Shown here: positions 1-13,100 of the stretch, one piece after another | Layout of the letters: each line of letters starts with the position of its first letter | Numbering within the stretch: position 1 is the first letter of the stretch | Virus record (IMG/VR): IMGVR_UViG_3300025407_001324 | Strand: one strand, 5' to 3' | Origin: an uncultured virus (IMG/VR IMGVR_UViG_3300025407_001324) | Lineage: Duplodnaviria > Heunggongvirae > Uroviricota > Caudoviricetes | Length of the DNA stretch: 64,000 nucleotides | The notes under the pieces: generated by a model | The model's input: only the letters and a program-made list of their open reading frames with translations | Told to the model about the DNA's origin: nothing | Databases searched by the model: none | Program-made: the position numbers and the translations under genes

Positions 1-977
1 TCTGCGGCATTGCTAAAGAAATACCAATTACCGTCGACGTGATTTCTTACCACACCAGTGTGTTGATAGATATTACCAGTACCGCCAACAAAGTGACTAT
101 ACAAACCTATATCATAACTGTAAGGATATGCTGGAGTTGCAGTCAAATATACTAACGGAGAGGTTACATTAAGAGTGGTTGTGCTAATACTTGTTAGATT
201 GTTAGTAAACACTGTACCACCGACCCATAGGTCTTTGGTAATACTAGCACCGCCAGGAACAACCAGTGTACCAGTACCTGTACCAGTAGAATTTGTTGTA
301 CCAGTCAATGACATTGAAATCGGATTAAACGATCCACTTATTGACACATTACCAAACGCAGCGTTTGACAAGAAATTAATATATCCGCCGCCTGAGGCTG
401 CTTGGACGATAAAGTTTTGTCCCGATGTATGACCGTAGATGCCGTCAACTTCAATTGGTTGGGAAAATGCAACGTGGCCGCCATCGCTGGACGTAATATT
501 ATAACCGTGTGTTAATGTTATAGTACCTTCTGCTTGTATGGTTCCAGTTCCTGTAGGATTCAATACAATGCTTCCAGATCCTGAAGTTTGTAAACTTAAA
601 TTTTGATTAACATCAGCACTAACAACAATAGTACCAGAGTTACTACTCAATACCTGTTGTCCGTTAACATACAAAGAGCCTGGACCAACATATACGCTGT
701 GGAACATCTGTGTGGGAGTTCCAAGATTAAATGTATTATTGGTTGTTGGGATAATATTACCAGTTAAGTAAATATTAGCATTTGTAACAGTTGCGATTGA
801 ATTTCCGCCACTGGTTAATACTATATTTCCGTTAGCAGTTGGAATATCTACTTTGGTATTACCAGATAAAATAGTAGTAGGGGTGCCAGTATTTGCACCT
901 ACAATACCTGTACTTGGTTCGATCGTAATATTACCAACATGAAATCCACCTTGTACCGTAAAATCAGCTGTTGCCAT
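1..977 (-). CDS. Tail fibre/virion structural protein, runs off the window start
   Basis: Not in the ORF track. ATG at 977 after AAGGA; open frame MATADFTVQGGFHVGNITIEPSTG..., G/N/T-rich like the neighbouring fibre genes. Confidence 0.75.
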   Translation of the reverse strand, partial: MATADFTVQGGFHVGNITIEPSTGIVGANTGTPTTILSGNTKVDIPTANGNIVLTSGGNSIATVTNANIYLTGNIIPTTNNTFNLGTPTQMFHSVYVGPGSLYVNGQQVLSSNSGTIVVSADVNQNLSLQTSGSGSIVLNPTGTGTIQAEGTITLTHGYNITSSDGGHVAFSQPIEVDGIYGHTSGQNFIVQAASGGGYINFLSNAAFGNVSISGSFNPISMSLTGTTNSTGTGTGTLVVPGGASITKDLWVGGTVFTNNLTSISTTTLNVTSPLVYLTATPAYPYSYDIGLYSHFVGGTGNIYQHTGVVRNHVDGNWYFFSNAA

Positions 978-1061
978 TTTTTTTCCTTTAATTCTGACAG
1001 ATTAGCGTTAAACTAATATGATTGTTATGTGTATTTATTGAAATCTTAAAATTTATTAGGC

Positions 1062-1090
1062 TTGACAGAACCAGGTTAAATAGTTACAAT
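1062..1090 (+). promoter_or_regulatory. sigma70-type promoter
   Basis: TTGACA-N17-TACAAT upstream of the CDS at 1115. Confidence 0.7.
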
Positions 1091-1114
1091 CAACTAATAT
1101 TTTTAAGGACTTTT

Positions 1115-1855
1115 ATGGCAACAATCGTAGGCGCCGAAGATGACGTCGCTACTCTCCAATCTTCAACTACTATCTCCGGAGTTAGCTCCAACCCCCCACC
1201 AAGTGCCCCAATAAACAAAGCAGTATCTATAGAACCACTGTTTAGTAGTGGTATTTATCGTTGTGCAGCCACGGAATTCTTACCAGAAATAAAATTAGTG
1301 TTCAAAGATGCTATTGCTGAAATAAAAAAACATTTTCCGTTGATAACAAAAAGTGTATATCCGGTTTTACAATCAGCAAATATTTACGATGACCCCAGAA
1401 TTGCAAAGTTCACTGAATTTATTGGACAAACTGCTTGGGGAATCTTGAATAATCAAGGCTATAATATGGATGCTTACCATATGTTTTTCAACGATATGTG
1501 GTGTCAAGAACATCACAAATATTCAGGGCACGATACACATACCCATCCAAATAGTGCAATTACTGGTTTTTATATTATAGAAGTGCCAGAAAATAGTTGC
1601 AGGATAGTATTCAAAGACCCACGTAGTGCTAAATATCATAGCAATTTGATGGAAAGAGACATTAGTCAAGCTTCCATGGCTAGTAATGAAATTAACTACG
1701 GACCGGCGGCCGGAGACTGCTTTTTTACCAACAGTTGGTTACCACATAGTTTTACTCGCAATGGCAATATGAAACCATTTAAGATGATACACTTTGATCT
1801 AGGAGTGAAATGGGCAGATGGTCCGTTACCAACACAAACACAAACAAGACAATGA
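1115..1855 (+). CDS. Putative 2OG-Fe(II) oxygenase (TIGR02466-like)
   Basis: HTHPNS (HxH), FKDPR, SWLPH motifs; start moved to ATG 1115 after AAGGA. Confidence 0.8.
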   Translation: MATIVGAEDDVATLQSSTTISGVSSNPPPSAPINKAVSIEPLFSSGIYRCAATEFLPEIKLVFKDAIAEIKKHFPLITKSVYPVLQSANIYDDPRIAKFTEFIGQTAWGILNNQGYNMDAYHMFFNDMWCQEHHKYSGHDTHTHPNSAITGFYIIEVPENSCRIVFKDPRSAKYHSNLMERDISQASMASNEINYGPAAGDCFFTNSWLPHSFTRNGNMKPFKMIHFDLGVKWADGPLPTQTQTRQ

Positions 1856-2112
1856 ACAAATATCACGTTAGATTTAATAAAAGTCGTGGACAACCTGGAA
1901 GAGGTAGTCTACAACACGTTTGGCGTGTGTTTGAAAACGGTGAGGAATTCATCGTCAAGCACGTTCGAATATCGGTCCCAGTACACGATGAAGTCACTGG
2001 GGACGGTAGAGGCAACGATGACTGGAACTTTAGTTGCGAAGGTTATATGACCTTGGACACAAAATCATCTACTGCTGTAATTACAGATAAACCTAGCAAA
2101 CTTAAAAAATAA
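1852..2112 (+). CDS. Hypothetical phage protein
   Basis: ATGA overlap with the upstream gene; MNKYHVRFNKSRG...WRVFENG. Confidence 0.7.
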   Translation: MNKYHVRFNKSRGQPGRGSLQHVWRVFENGEEFIVKHVRISVPVHDEVTGDGRGNDDWNFSCEGYMTLDTKSSTAVITDKPSKLKK

Positions 2113-2116
2113 TAGA

Positions 2117-2935
2117 TTAGAAATAAGTTTGATACCAAGTGGGTGTGCCACTGATGACGCCAGCGTATACCCAAGAAATAGGTTGAGCACCAAAGCCCGA
2201 TACTAAATCCAAATATGCTGCAATCCCAGATCCGCCAGTGCCAATAACAAGTCCAGTACCAGCTCCGTTACCTTGATTTGATATAATTGCTTGTTGCCCA
2301 CTTGCTGGTTTGAAAATTAGTTTGTTTACACCAGTTACTGTTGCAGCCGTGCCAGTTCCTGAACCAACTCCTGTTGCCGTAAATGTTTGCCCAGGATATG
2401 GACTAGTTGCACCTATACTAGAAAAATCAGTAGTTCCTTGGGTGACAATTACATATTCTGTACCAATTACGAAAGACCCTGCGTTAACAGTAGTAGTCGG
2501 GCATACTAATGGAACAACAAATGTATCACCTACACTTGGGCTAGCGGGAAATTCAATTACCAAACCATATTTACTATTGGTATGAATTGGTGCATCATTT
2601 ATACCTAATATTTTATCACCGGTAGTAACTTGACGACCATATGCAGTTTGTGAACTTACTGTTAAATCAACAGGACTACCAGTTTGACTAAACATTTGTT
2701 TGATAGTGCCTGTCAATGAATAGCTAGTCCAGAAACTATCTGTTTTAGTACTGAATATCCAAACGTTCGAATAACCAGGTGATCCGGCTCCGGCCGGACT
2801 GGAACTACCACCAGCATAGGCTTTAAGGTTTGCTGCAGTAATTTGACTTGTGGTTCCTGATTGAACCACTGGAATTAATTCTGATCCAGATAAACTGCTT
2901 ATACTTGGTAAAGCACTGATTTTTACGTTTGCCAC
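2117..2935 (-). CDS. Tail-fibre-associated structural protein
   Basis: N-terminus MANVKISALP...IPVVQSGTT and AGSFVIGTEYVI...GTTDF motif typical of fibre modules. Confidence 0.65.
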   Translation of the reverse strand: MANVKISALPSISSLSGSELIPVVQSGTTSQITAANLKAYAGGSSSPAGAGSPGYSNVWIFSTKTDSFWTSYSLTGTIKQMFSQTGSPVDLTVSSQTAYGRQVTTGDKILGINDAPIHTNSKYGLVIEFPASPSVGDTFVVPLVCPTTTVNAGSFVIGTEYVIVTQGTTDFSSIGATSPYPGQTFTATGVGSGTGTAATVTGVNKLIFKPASGQQAIISNQGNGAGTGLVIGTGGSGIAAYLDLVSGFGAQPISWVYAGVISGTPTWYQTYF

Positions 2936-2949
2936 TTTTATTCCTTATT

Positions 2950-3108
2950 TTATATAATTAAATTATCCCCGGACTCAGTTAATATCTGAGTTACACCATC
3001 TTCTGTAGTCAAATCATTGTATATAACCACATAGGCATTTAATAGGGTAACTGCAATGTTACCTATGTCAATGCCACTACCAATTTTTACACCAGATTCG
3101 ATTATCAT
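2950..3108 (-). CDS. Small structural/fibre accessory protein
   Basis: ATGA overlap with the upstream gene; [16 protein letters not shown]...[10 protein letters not shown]. Confidence 0.55.
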   Translation of the reverse strand: MIIESGVKIGSGIDIGNIAVTLLNAYVVIYNDLTTEDGVTQILTESGDNLII

Positions 3109-6100
3109 ACCAATCTTTCGATACTGATCATATTGTTGTTGTAGCCTATACCAACTACCAATGTTATTCTCCAAGCAATAGAATTTGAAGTATCTCTAAT
3201 TACCCAGGTATCGGTCAGACCAGCACCACTCAAATTAGCAGAAGCACTTAAATATGCCGGTGTGGTAGTAACACTTAATGGACTAGTACCGCCATCAATG
3301 TAGCCGCCGGCTGTGCTACTACCATAAACAGTAAGTGTTCCTGATACGGTTGATACTTGTAAACTTGCGTTTCCACTAGAAGCCATTCTTACTTTTAGAT
3401 TGCCTAAAGTAACATCTACACCACGATTAACAAATCCTGAGGCTTTTGTTATAAGACTAGTACTTGTTCCAGTAACATTCAGGTTGCCACCAACTGACAC
3501 ATTGCCAGTTGTGGTCATTGTGCCAAGCGTGTTAAGGGCAAAGGCTTGGTTAATCTGTGTGATGGCAGCACGGCTAAAGTAGCCACCACGGTGTTTGGCA
3601 TTTAGGCCTGACGTACCGCCTGTTACTCTAAACTTGACAGTTTGATTTGTGCCGGGAGTATAAACAATATCTAAACTGATGTTGTTGACTTCATTGTAGC
3701 CGGTGTTGTATGCGGCCGATATCTGTTGGTTGCCGATTACTGCATTGGTTGTGGCATCAACCAGTTGAACTATCAAATATCCGTTGGCACTGTAACCAGC
3801 AAAGCTGAACATGCCCACAATATTGTAGGTCGACCCTGCAGTCAATGTGAACTGACCGTTTGATGTGCTGTAGGCAATGCCTGAACTGGTTGACAAGGTG
3901 TCCCAGATAATATCTGTACCTGTGGCATATACTGTTTGGTCAGCGGCATTGGTCACATTCACATACTGATTGTTTAAGGTGCCAGTAGCAGTGGCCTGAA
4001 CTGCTATGGCCGGATTCAGTTGTTCAATTTCAACCACCGCCCCACCATTGACACCGTTGAAGGTGATGGTATTGTCAATGCTGGTCAATCGATATGTGGT
4101 GGCCTGAGTGGGTGTTACATACGCAATGGTTTCGTTGTTACTTCCTATATGTCCGGCAGTACTGTCTACTGCTTCTGTAAAGCCACGAGTACCAACATAG
4201 GCACTGTCAGTCACACTATACCATTGGAATTGACCCCAGGTGTTTGACGACACAAATCTTGAGGCAGTAAACTTCAGTTTGTATGTCCAGCCTGGTTGTA
4301 GAGTAAATGTTGATGTGGTTGGTTGTGTGATCAATGATCCCACAGAATACACACTATTTGAGAAAGGTACAGCACCACCGGCTGTGACTGCTACATCTCC
4401 ACCAGTGTTAGTAGTCGCAAGCAATCTTGAACCATTTACTACCCCATAAGTTGTTGGCTGACCGTTGACGATAATATTACTAACATTCAAATTGCCTGGA
4501 ATAACAACATTACCGTTACTGGCAACTGTCATTCTTGTTGCTAATATATTTGCACCTGCACCAGGAACTTTTGTAGCAAAGTTGATGTTGGCACTATAAT
4601 CACCGTTGTCAATAGCAAAAATTCTTGCTTCTGGTGGGAATCCGGCACCACTATAGGTGTACAAATCAATAGCCGAGCCACTGCCAGCACCACCTCCAGT
4701 GTTGAATAAGTTCAATGTACTGACTACATTGCCAGCATTTGAAACAGTAACACTCATTGGAGATGCATAGTAAGCAGTGCCTACTGCGGTACCAACAAAC
4801 AAACTAGTACCAGTTATAGTTCCGACTACACCCACATTAGTACCAAATGTAGCAGAGTTATTAACTGTTAAATTGTTAACAGTAACATTGCCACCATAAG
4901 TTGCAGTAGTACCGTATGCATTACCAAAATGTGATCCAGCAATATTGCCAGCAGTGATATTCCCTGTACCGCTACCAATACTAACACTCGCATTTGCTGC
5001 ACCTGCATTAATTGCAGTAGCAACTCCGCCTATATTCAAAGTAGTTGCAGTGGTATTGAATACCGAAACATTGGTAGTGGCTGCAATAATACTTGTTGTA
5101 GTTACATCCTGTCCTGCGGTTAGATGTTGTAGGCCACTTAATGTAGCAGTACTTGGATTGTAACGTAGCCCATTGCTCAATCCATTTAGCGAACTTGTTC
5201 CAGTATTGGCAAATACCACTGGATAATAATTGTTAACGCTGGTATTGGCTATGGTGCTAGTAACGGCCGACACATTTGTTATTTGTGTGCCATCACCAAT
5301 TAAACTTGCACCAGCGTTACCGATAGTAGCAGCATTTACAGTTGTACCATTTAGTGTACTGGTTAGCGTTAAGCCAGCAAAAGAAGGCGAACCATTTGTT
5401 TGTAAATTTTGTGGGCTACTGATAGTTACGGTATTACCGCTGGCAGTTATTGTAACACCATTTGTACTGGCAAATGCCAATGTTTGATTAATTAAACTAA
5501 CTGATCCAGTTCCGCTTGTACCAGACATACTCAACGAGCTACTGACACTGGCAGTGCCGATATTGGCAACACGGCCATATGGGTCTAACGTAATTACTGG
5601 AATACTAGTGGCATTACCTGTAGTGCCTGCTCCAGGACCAGCAGTAGTTAAACTGATATTTGAACCAGTAATAGTTAAATTACCTGTACCTGATGAAGTC
5701 GAAACCACACGATTACCATTATCAGTAATCACATTGCCTGTAACGCTACTGGTTGTGCTGATTGGAAGATTGAAAGTCCACGCATTGCTGATACTGTTAT
5801 ATAATATACTGGCATTTGCACCGTTGGCAAATATACCTGCACCGTTGGCCTGTGTTGTAGTACTAGCGTTTGCAGCCAAAGTAATTACTAAATTACTCAA
5901 TGTTAAATTGGTGGCATTTACTGTAGTAGTGGTACCACTAACCTGTAGATTTCCTAAAACATATAAACTGTTGCCTACAATAGCATTGCCACCTACTGTA
6001 GTATTGCCTGACGATTGTATTATAGTAGCAGATAATACATTGACATTTGAAATGTTGCCCGATGACCCAGTGGTAGTGATATTACCACCTACATATAACG

Positions 6101-7082
6101 CTCCGCCAATACCAACTCCACCTACTACTTGCAATGCACCTGTTGTGGTACTGGTTGCAGGTGTGGTGTTTGTTGTGATAATTTGTTGTGTAGTTGTGCC
6201 TGAAAATATTCCAGTAGGTCCTTGTGGGCCTTGTGCCCCAGTTGAACCCTGTGGTCCTTGTGGTCCTTGTGCCCCAGTTGAACCCTGTGGTCCTTGTGGA
6301 CCTTGTGTTCCTGCAGAGCCGGCGGTTCCTTGTGGACCTTGAGGGCCTTGTACTCCCGAAGAGCCTGCAGCTCCTTGTGGTCCTTGCGGTCCTTGTGCCC
6401 CAGTTGGTCCTTGTACTCCGGTGGCACCTGTCGGGCCTACTATTCTACCAGCATCGTGCCAAGTACTGTCTGCACCCCAAAACCAAACATTACCTGTATT
6501 TGAAGTAATATATCCATCGTCTAAATTATTGCTGGTATTTGGTAAGAATGTATAGTCTGTTACTGTACCCAATAATGTTACACTAACACCTTGTTGTCCT
6601 TGTGGACCTTGTGGTCCAGTTTGCCCTTGCGGTCCCTGTGGTCCTTGTGTGCCAATTGGTCCCTGCGGTCCTTGTATTCCCTGGGGTCCTTGAACACCTG
6701 CTCCAGTAGGTCCTTGTGGTCCTTGCGCTCCAGCGCTGCCATTACTTCCACTTGGGCCTTGTGGTCCTTGTACACCAGTAGGTCCTTGTGGTCCTTGCGC
6801 TCCAGCGCTGCCATTACTTCCACTTGGGCCTTGTGGTCCTTGTACACCAGTAGGTCCTTGTGGTCCTTGTACGCCAGTGGGTCCTTGCGCACCTTGTGGC
6901 CCGGGTACAGTACTAGCTGCACCTTGTGGTCCTTGTGGTCCAGTTTGTCCTTGTGGGCCCTGGGGGCCTTGCGCACCAATTCCAGCAACACCATTCCAAT
7001 GAACGCCGTCAAATGTATAAGTAACACCATTGGGTGCTGAATAAGTTTGTCCGGTTGATGGACTTGCTGGAAAATTTAACAT
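3105..7082 (-). CDS. Collagen-repeat tail fibre protein (1325 aa)
   Basis: [13 protein letters not shown]-terminus, long Gly-X-Y (GPQ) tracts, [17 protein letters not shown] fibre motif. Confidence 0.85.
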   Translation of the reverse strand: MLNFPASPSTGQTYSAPNGVTYTFDGVHWNGVAGIGAQGPQGPQGQTGPQGPQGAASTVPGPQGAQGPTGVQGPQGPTGVQGPQGPSGSNGSAGAQGPQGPTGVQGPQGPSGSNGSAGAQGPQGPTGAGVQGPQGIQGPQGPIGTQGPQGPQGQTGPQGPQGQQGVSVTLLGTVTDYTFLPNTSNNLDDGYITSNTGNVWFWGADSTWHDAGRIVGPTGATGVQGPTGAQGPQGPQGAAGSSGVQGPQGPQGTAGSAGTQGPQGPQGSTGAQGPQGPQGSTGAQGPQGPTGIFSGTTTQQIITTNTTPATSTTTGALQVVGGVGIGGALYVGGNITTTGSSGNISNVNVLSATIIQSSGNTTVGGNAIVGNSLYVLGNLQVSGTTTTVNATNLTLSNLVITLAANASTTTQANGAGIFANGANASILYNSISNAWTFNLPISTTSSVTGNVITDNGNRVVSTSSGTGNLTITGSNISLTTAGPGAGTTGNATSIPVITLDPYGRVANIGTASVSSSLSMSGTSGTGSVSLINQTLAFASTNGVTITASGNTVTISSPQNLQTNGSPSFAGLTLTSTLNGTTVNAATIGNAGASLIGDGTQITNVSAVTSTIANTSVNNYYPVVFANTGTSSLNGLSNGLRYNPSTATLSGLQHLTAGQDVTTTSIIAATTNVSVFNTTATTLNIGGVATAINAGAANASVSIGSGTGNITAGNIAGSHFGNAYGTTATYGGNVTVNNLTVNNSATFGTNVGVVGTITGTSLFVGTAVGTAYYASPMSVTVSNAGNVVSTLNLFNTGGGAGSGSAIDLYTYSGAGFPPEARIFAIDNGDYSANINFATKVPGAGANILATRMTVASNGNVVIPGNLNVSNIIVNGQPTTYGVVNGSRLLATTNTGGDVAVTAGGAVPFSNSVYSVGSLITQPTTSTFTLQPGWTYKLKFTASRFVSSNTWGQFQWYSVTDSAYVGTRGFTEAVDSTAGHIGSNNETIAYVTPTQATTYRLTSIDNTITFNGVNGGAVVEIEQLNPAIAVQATATGTLNNQYVNVTNAADQTVYATGTDIIWDTLSTSSGIAYSTSNGQFTLTAGSTYNIVGMFSFAGYSANGYLIVQLVDATTNAVIGNQQISAAYNTGYNEVNNISLDIVYTPGTNQTVKFRVTGGTSGLNAKHRGGYFSRAAITQINQAFALNTLGTMTTTGNVSVGGNLNVTGTSTSLITKASGFVNRGVDVTLGNLKVRMASSGNASLQVSTVSGTLTVYGSSTAGGYIDGGTSPLSVTTTPAYLSASANLSGAGLTDTWVIRDTSNSIAWRITLVVGIGYNNNMISIERLV

Positions 7083-7119
7083 CTATTACTCCGATATATT
7101 TTATATTTATTTTAACTCA

Positions 7120-8262
7120 TTAACAATTATAATAGCTTTGCAGTGCGCTGATGGTTTGGGTTAAAGCAGCACCAGTCAATTTAGTTTGGTATTGTAAAAT
7201 AGCATAAAGAGTGCCATTTATTTCCATATAATTTGTGGAGGCGGCACTACTTGGCGAATAAGATTGTCCCCAGCTGGCATATTCACTTGGATATCCAGAT
7301 AAAATAGTACTAGAAGCTTCAGCTCCATACAACTCAGATGCACCCGGAGTTTGGTTAAGCATTCCACTTAATGCTCCAGTATTTGTTCCGGCAATATAAA
7401 ATGTTGGTAAATTGATTGGATATCCTTGTGGGCTGGTACCATAAGCCATATTAAACACATAAATTGCAATTTTATTAGTCGATGCGCCCCAATTGAATGC
7501 ACCCGATGCAGTACCACCTGGATTAGAATATATATTAACTCTACCTACTATCGCAGGTAAGCCTGTTGCTGGATCAGTTTGAGGATAAGCAGGTGTTGTT
7601 GTTAACAAACTTACGCTAAAACCACTACCCGTTGATTGCTCTACGTCAGTGGCTAAAGTGCCAGCCCCACCTGTTAGGCTTGCAACCATAATAGTTGTAC
7701 CGCCTATGTAATCGCTTTTAATAGTTACACGTTGATTACCACTTGCATTGGCAGTAAATTGTAGTCCAGCATCACCGTTACTGTTAACCACATAACCAGG
7801 AGAACCTACAATAGTTCCATTTCTATTGTGGCCTGACAGGTCTGTCCACGTAGAACTTCCGCTGGCAGGGTTTGACCATTGAAATAACAATAGTGAAGTA
7901 GATATTCCAGCCAATGGTCCTTTTGTTATAACAAAAGATACCGTACTGGTTATAGGATTAACAATGCCGAATATGTCCTGTACTCCAAATGTAACAGATG
8001 TAGAAGAAGTCACTGGAGGTGCAGTACCCGATACTATTCCTGTAATAGGGTCTAATGTTATTCCTGTAGGCAGTGACCCATCTATAATAAAATATGTCAT
8101 TGGTTCATTTCCACCAACAGAAACCAGTGGTTTGAACGGAGATAATACAGCATTCCAATATAAATTTTGAGGACTTACATACGGAGTAACAATCCAAGGA
8201 GGAGTTGTTCCATCAATTATAACGCCAGTATCAATAATTATTCCAGTTCCGATATTTGCCAT
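7120..8262 (-). CDS. Ig-like (He_PIG) plus LamG-like virion protein
   Basis: GSLPTGITLDPITGIVSGT and TWTDLSGHNRNGTIVGSP motifs. Confidence 0.65.
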   Translation of the reverse strand: MANIGTGIIIDTGVIIDGTTPPWIVTPYVSPQNLYWNAVLSPFKPLVSVGGNEPMTYFIIDGSLPTGITLDPITGIVSGTAPPVTSSTSVTFGVQDIFGIVNPITSTVSFVITKGPLAGISTSLLLFQWSNPASGSSTWTDLSGHNRNGTIVGSPGYVVNSNGDAGLQFTANASGNQRVTIKSDYIGGTTIMVASLTGGAGTLATDVEQSTGSGFSVSLLTTTPAYPQTDPATGLPAIVGRVNIYSNPGGTASGAFNWGASTNKIAIYVFNMAYGTSPQGYPINLPTFYIAGTNTGALSGMLNQTPGASELYGAEASSTILSGYPSEYASWGQSYSPSSAASTNYMEINGTLYAILQYQTKLTGAALTQTISALQSYYNC

Positions 8263-8271
8263 TTATTTTTC

Positions 8272-10167
8272 CTAAGCGTGAATTGCATTTACACCAAATT
8301 GTACATCAAATTGATTGCTGGGAGATTCGTAAAATGTTACTTCATATTCTATGTTATACCCATCAGGGACCGGCAATCCTTTTGCTGACGGTCCGCTACT
8401 AGAATTAACTCCTTGCACACGAATTCTAAATGTCCTATTAGGAGCACTTCCGGATACCTGAGACCAAGCATTATTAGAATAGTTATCGCCTGTTGCCAAC
8501 AATATTTTAGGCAATGCTGGATAAATGTTTGATACATTTGTATAAATTGTTGAACCTGCAGTAAATGTTATATAACTGTTGGTGCCAACATAAAAGTCGT
8601 TGTAGGATGTGCCTAAATAATTTATACTAAATGGTAAAGTAACATGCCAATAACCGTCGTCAAAATTACCAGTATCTAGCGGATTCAATGTGGTCATTCC
8701 CGAAGACCCTAAAATAGAATTTGTTATGCTGTTAACAGTTGCTGAACCTGTTGATGTTGTGATTCTATATCCAGTATGTGGCGCATTATCAAAATAACCG
8801 TGGGTGACTAATCCTTCTGCACTATCTACTCCACTATATCCACCATTGGTGTAGTTAAACAATGTATTATTTGTGTTTGTCCCACTGGCTGTAGTTACAT
8901 TAACACTGACCTGTCCAATTGGATGACTAGGTATTACGCAGGTTATGCTGGTATCACTGTTAACAACCACTGATGTAGCCGGGTTACCTCCAAGGGTCAC
9001 TGAAGTTGCACCAGTAAAATATTGTCCGGTTATAGTAACTGTTAGACCACCACCACCGGTATTCGGACTAACACTAGTCACTATTGGTATAGGTGATGTA
9101 TAAGTAAATTGGTCTGATGTCTGGACCGAACTGCCGCCGCCGCGTGCAGTAACTGTTATATCTATAATGCCAGCAGATTCGGCTGGTGCAGTTGCAGTGA
9201 TCTGGGTTGAACTATTAACAGTATAACTTGACGCATTTAATGTACCAAATTTAACTGCAGTAACACCAATAAATTCAGTACCAGTAATCACAACTGAAGT
9301 CCCGCCTAATGTAGTTCCGCTACTAGGTGAAACCCCGGTAATTGTTGGAGGAGGATAAATGTAAGTCCATAAGGTATTAGACGAGTTACTACCATAAGAA
9401 TTAGTAGCAATAACACTTGCAGTACCTATACTTCCAGCTGGAACTACACAAGTTAAACTGGTATCGCTGTTGACTACAACACTGGTAGCAGGTGTTCCAC
9501 CAATTGTAACTGCTGTTACTCCCGTAAAATGTACTCCAGTGAGAGTAACTGTAGTTCCGCCAGCAATATATCCTGATGAAGGACTAATACCAGTTATTAA
9601 TGGAGCCAGACTCATATAGGTAAATTGATCAGCTGAGCTAGTAGCAGTGGTTCCGCCTGCAGCAGTTACTCGAATATCAATAACCCCAGCCGTTTCTGTT
9701 GGACTGGTTGCAGTAATTTGTGTTGTGCTATTGGCAGTAAAATTTGTGGCGTTTGTTGTGCCAAATTTAACTGCAGTAACATTGATAAAATTAGTACCTG
9801 TGATAGTAACTGTGGTATTGCCTTGTATTGGGCCACTGGTCGGAGATATACCGGTGATTGTCGGTACAGGGTACGTATAAGTCCATAATGTATTGGCCTT
9901 ATTACTGCCGTACGGGCTAGTAACTACAACACTAGCAGTTCCTGCACTACCAGACGGCACTGTACAAGTAATACTGGTATCACTGACCACAGTAAAATTA
10001 GTTACTGCAGATCCGCCTACTGTGGCACTAGTGGCCCAAGTAAAGTTTTTTCCGGTAATAGTAACATTAACACCGCCTGCTATTGTACTGGTATTAGGAC
10101 TAATGCTAGATACAACAGGAATTAAACTCCCGCCATAACTAGCCATAACTGCAACTGCACCTGTCAT
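8272..10167 (-). CDS. IPT/TIG repeat protein
   Basis: Five repeats of P.ITGISP.SG...GGT.VTITG..F...V..S.T.IT. Confidence 0.85.
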   Translation of the reverse strand: MTGAVAVMASYGGSLIPVVSSISPNTSTIAGGVNVTITGKNFTWATSATVGGSAVTNFTVVSDTSITCTVPSGSAGTASVVVTSPYGSNKANTLWTYTYPVPTITGISPTSGPIQGNTTVTITGTNFINVTAVKFGTTNATNFTANSTTQITATSPTETAGVIDIRVTAAGGTTATSSADQFTYMSLAPLITGISPSSGYIAGGTTVTLTGVHFTGVTAVTIGGTPATSVVVNSDTSLTCVVPAGSIGTASVIATNSYGSNSSNTLWTYIYPPPTITGVSPSSGTTLGGTSVVITGTEFIGVTAVKFGTLNASSYTVNSSTQITATAPAESAGIIDITVTARGGGSSVQTSDQFTYTSPIPIVTSVSPNTGGGGLTVTITGQYFTGATSVTLGGNPATSVVVNSDTSITCVIPSHPIGQVSVNVTTASGTNTNNTLFNYTNGGYSGVDSAEGLVTHGYFDNAPHTGYRITTSTGSATVNSITNSILGSSGMTTLNPLDTGNFDDGYWHVTLPFSINYLGTSYNDFYVGTNSYITFTAGSTIYTNVSNIYPALPKILLATGDNYSNNAWSQVSGSAPNRTFRIRVQGVNSSSGPSAKGLPVPDGYNIEYEVTFYESPSNQFDVQFGVNAIHA

Positions 10168-13100
10168 TATGACAATCCTGTTCCGTTAATGTACCAAGTT
10201 GTACTAGCAACTTTAACCATTGTGGCCATACCGTATGGGGCCAGTGTACGACTACCAGTATTGCCGGTGCCTGCCAAATACATAGTATCAGATGTAGTTG
10301 ATATAGTCACTGTTGCGGTAGGACCTGCAACAATTGTAATTGCACTGCCAATTGGGAACGCTACAGTACTGTTAGCAGGTACCGTTACAGTACTGTTTGC
10401 AGTTACATAAACGTGCTTGCCTTGATCTGCGTATGCCAGTGTATATCCTGAACTTTGACTGTTTTGTGGTAAGCCAATATAGCCCAATGCTGTAGAAGTT
10501 GATGTACTAGTACCACTGGCAGCATTACTATAAATATTTCCTAGAACTCCTAGTGTTGTGCCAATGGTTACTGAATTATTAACAGTTAACGCATTTACTG
10601 TAGCATTTCCACTAACAGTAACTGTTGATAATACACCCAGCCCATTAATATTGCTTTGAATATTACCAGTGACATACTGTGCAACTCCTGAACTTACAAT
10701 ACTTGCATTACTATTCATTGGCACAAAACCTAATGCATTAGTAACATTGGCAGCGGTTAATCCTGTTACATATTGTGCTGTAACTGCTGACAGTACAGTA
10801 CCTGATACTGCAGAACCTAATATATATGTAATACCAGAACCATTACCAACAAATGTTGCAGCGTTTGCATAGCCAGTTACTACAATGTTATTACCAAAGT
10901 AATTTACAGCATTTGCATTACCAGTTAGTACAATGTTATTGCCAAAGTAAGTAGCAACATTACTGATATTTCCGCTATTTCCCAGTGTTCTAATACCAGT
11001 ATTAAATGTCCAATCATTGTAAGTTGAATTCCATAACAAGCTGGCATTGGCACCGTCTACTAAAATACCCGAGTTGTTGGCCTGTAGGCTTGTAGTAGCA
11101 GTATTACTGAGTGTTAGCAATGCACCGTTAAATGTAAATCCACCGCTACCGCCTCCACCACTGCCTCCGCCAGTTACAACATTACCTGCGCTAGTGATTG
11201 TACCAAGTACAACTAAGTTTCCGCCAATATATAAGTTTCCGCCAATTCCGCCACCACCAGCAACCTGTAGTGCGCCAGTACTAGTACTAGTACTGATTGT
11301 GGTATTGGTAGTAATTAACGGTAAATTGGTTGTTCCGCCAAATGTTCCTTGTGGTCCTTGTGGTCCTTGCGGACCGTTTCCACCCACAGGACCGATTGGT
11401 CCAGTTGGTCCTTGAACACCTTGTGGTCCAGGTACAGTACTGGCCGCACCAGCTGGGCCAGCAGGTCCTGTAAATCCTACTGGTCCTTGAGGGCCTTGTG
11501 GGCCCGACGCACCGACATTACCAATTGGGCCTTGTGGTCCTTGTGTACCTTGTGGTCCTCGTGCCCCAGTTGGACCTTGCAGTCCTTGTGGTCCTTGTGG
11601 TCCTTGTACTCCATCGTTGCCGTTAACACCACTTGGACCTTGTGGTCCTTGTAAGCCAGTAGGTCCCTGTGGACCAGCACTACCGACTGCACCATCTAAG
11701 TTAATAATCCAAGAACTATATGTTCCTGAGCCTAACGAGCCAGTGGTGCTGAAATGTAATCTACCATTAGCTGAATAATCAACAACTGCAGCCAATTGAT
11801 AATTGTAAGCATCTTTTGCTACAAATATGTTTTGAGCTGCAGTATAACTTAGATTAGTACCGATAGTAATAGTGCCACTAGTACCGTTTACAGAAGTAAT
11901 AGTCCAAGTACTGTTACTAGTTGTAGCATATTTGTCACCGTTGAAACCACTAGGTCCTTGCGGTCCTTGTGGGCCTGTTTGTCCTTGTGGACCTTGTGGT
12001 CCGGGTACCGAACTTGCTGCTCCTTGTGGTCCGCTTGGTCCTTGTGGTCCTTGTGTACCCTGTGGTCCAGGCACTGTGCTGGCTGCACCTTGCGGTCCTT
12101 GCGGTCCAGCATTAACAATTAAATTCCAATTTAGTCCGTCGGAAAGCGGAGAACCAGTGGTAGTTGAACCAACTTTAATGTATAAATTTCCACCTGAGGT
12201 TACAGTATCATAAGGAGTATATGCTACATTTGCACTATAAATGCCTTTATAAGTGTAGCCTTGGCCTTGCGGTCCCTGTGGACCTTGAGCTCCAACTGGA
12301 CCCTGCGGCCCTTGTGCACCGACTGGACCGCTTGGCCCTAAAGGCCCAGTATTACCAGTTGCACCAATCGGGCCTTGCGGTCCTTGTGGGCCTTGTAAGC
12401 CACGTAGTCCGCTAGTTCCTGCAGTACCTTGTGCTCCGCTTGGGCCTTGCGGTCCTTGTGGTCCTTGTGCGCCTTGTGGTCCTTGAAGTCCTCTTATTCC
12501 GCCAACACCAGGTATTCCAGTGGGACCCACTGCTCCGCTAGGACCTTGTGGACCACTTGGTCCCTGTGGTCCTTGTATGCCCGATGGGCCAGCTGGTCCA
12601 ACATTACCGTGTATACCTTGTGGTCCTTGTACGCCTTGTGGCCCTTGTGCACCTACAGGTCCTTGGTATCCTTGTGAACCTGCAGGGCCTGTTGGGCCCT
12701 GTGGTCCGCTTGGTCCTTGTGGTCCCGATGGGCCGCCAGCTGGTCCTGTTGGTCCTTGTGGGCCGTCATTGCCTGCTGGTCCTTGTGGTCCTTGTGGTCC
12801 TCCTGAAGGGCCTGCAGGTCCTGTTGGTCCAGTCGGTCCCGCAATACCAGGATTTGCAGTTACCCAAGCATTACCGTAATAAATGTATATTTGACCTGCA
12901 GTTGGGTCGAACCATTGTTCACCTTGTGTAGGGCTAACTGGTGCTGAATTACTTAATATTGTACCAGTACTACTTCCGCCACCGCCGCCTAATATAGGCT
13001 GACCATTTGGATAAAAAATTCCAGTAGCAACTATATTACCTGCAGTAATGTTACCTTGCAAATATGCCGCAACATTGGCATCACCGTAGTTACTAGTTGA

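Noticed and set aside
6200..12850. Dense short repeats (ggtccttgt...) that could be taken for a CRISPR or satellite array
   Set aside because: They are in-frame Gly-Pro-Gln collagen codons with no unique spacers, and no cas genes are present.
175..12931. Many plus-strand ORFs opposite the fibre genes
   Set aside because: Shadow frames of low-complexity minus-strand genes; no RBS or recognisable motifs.
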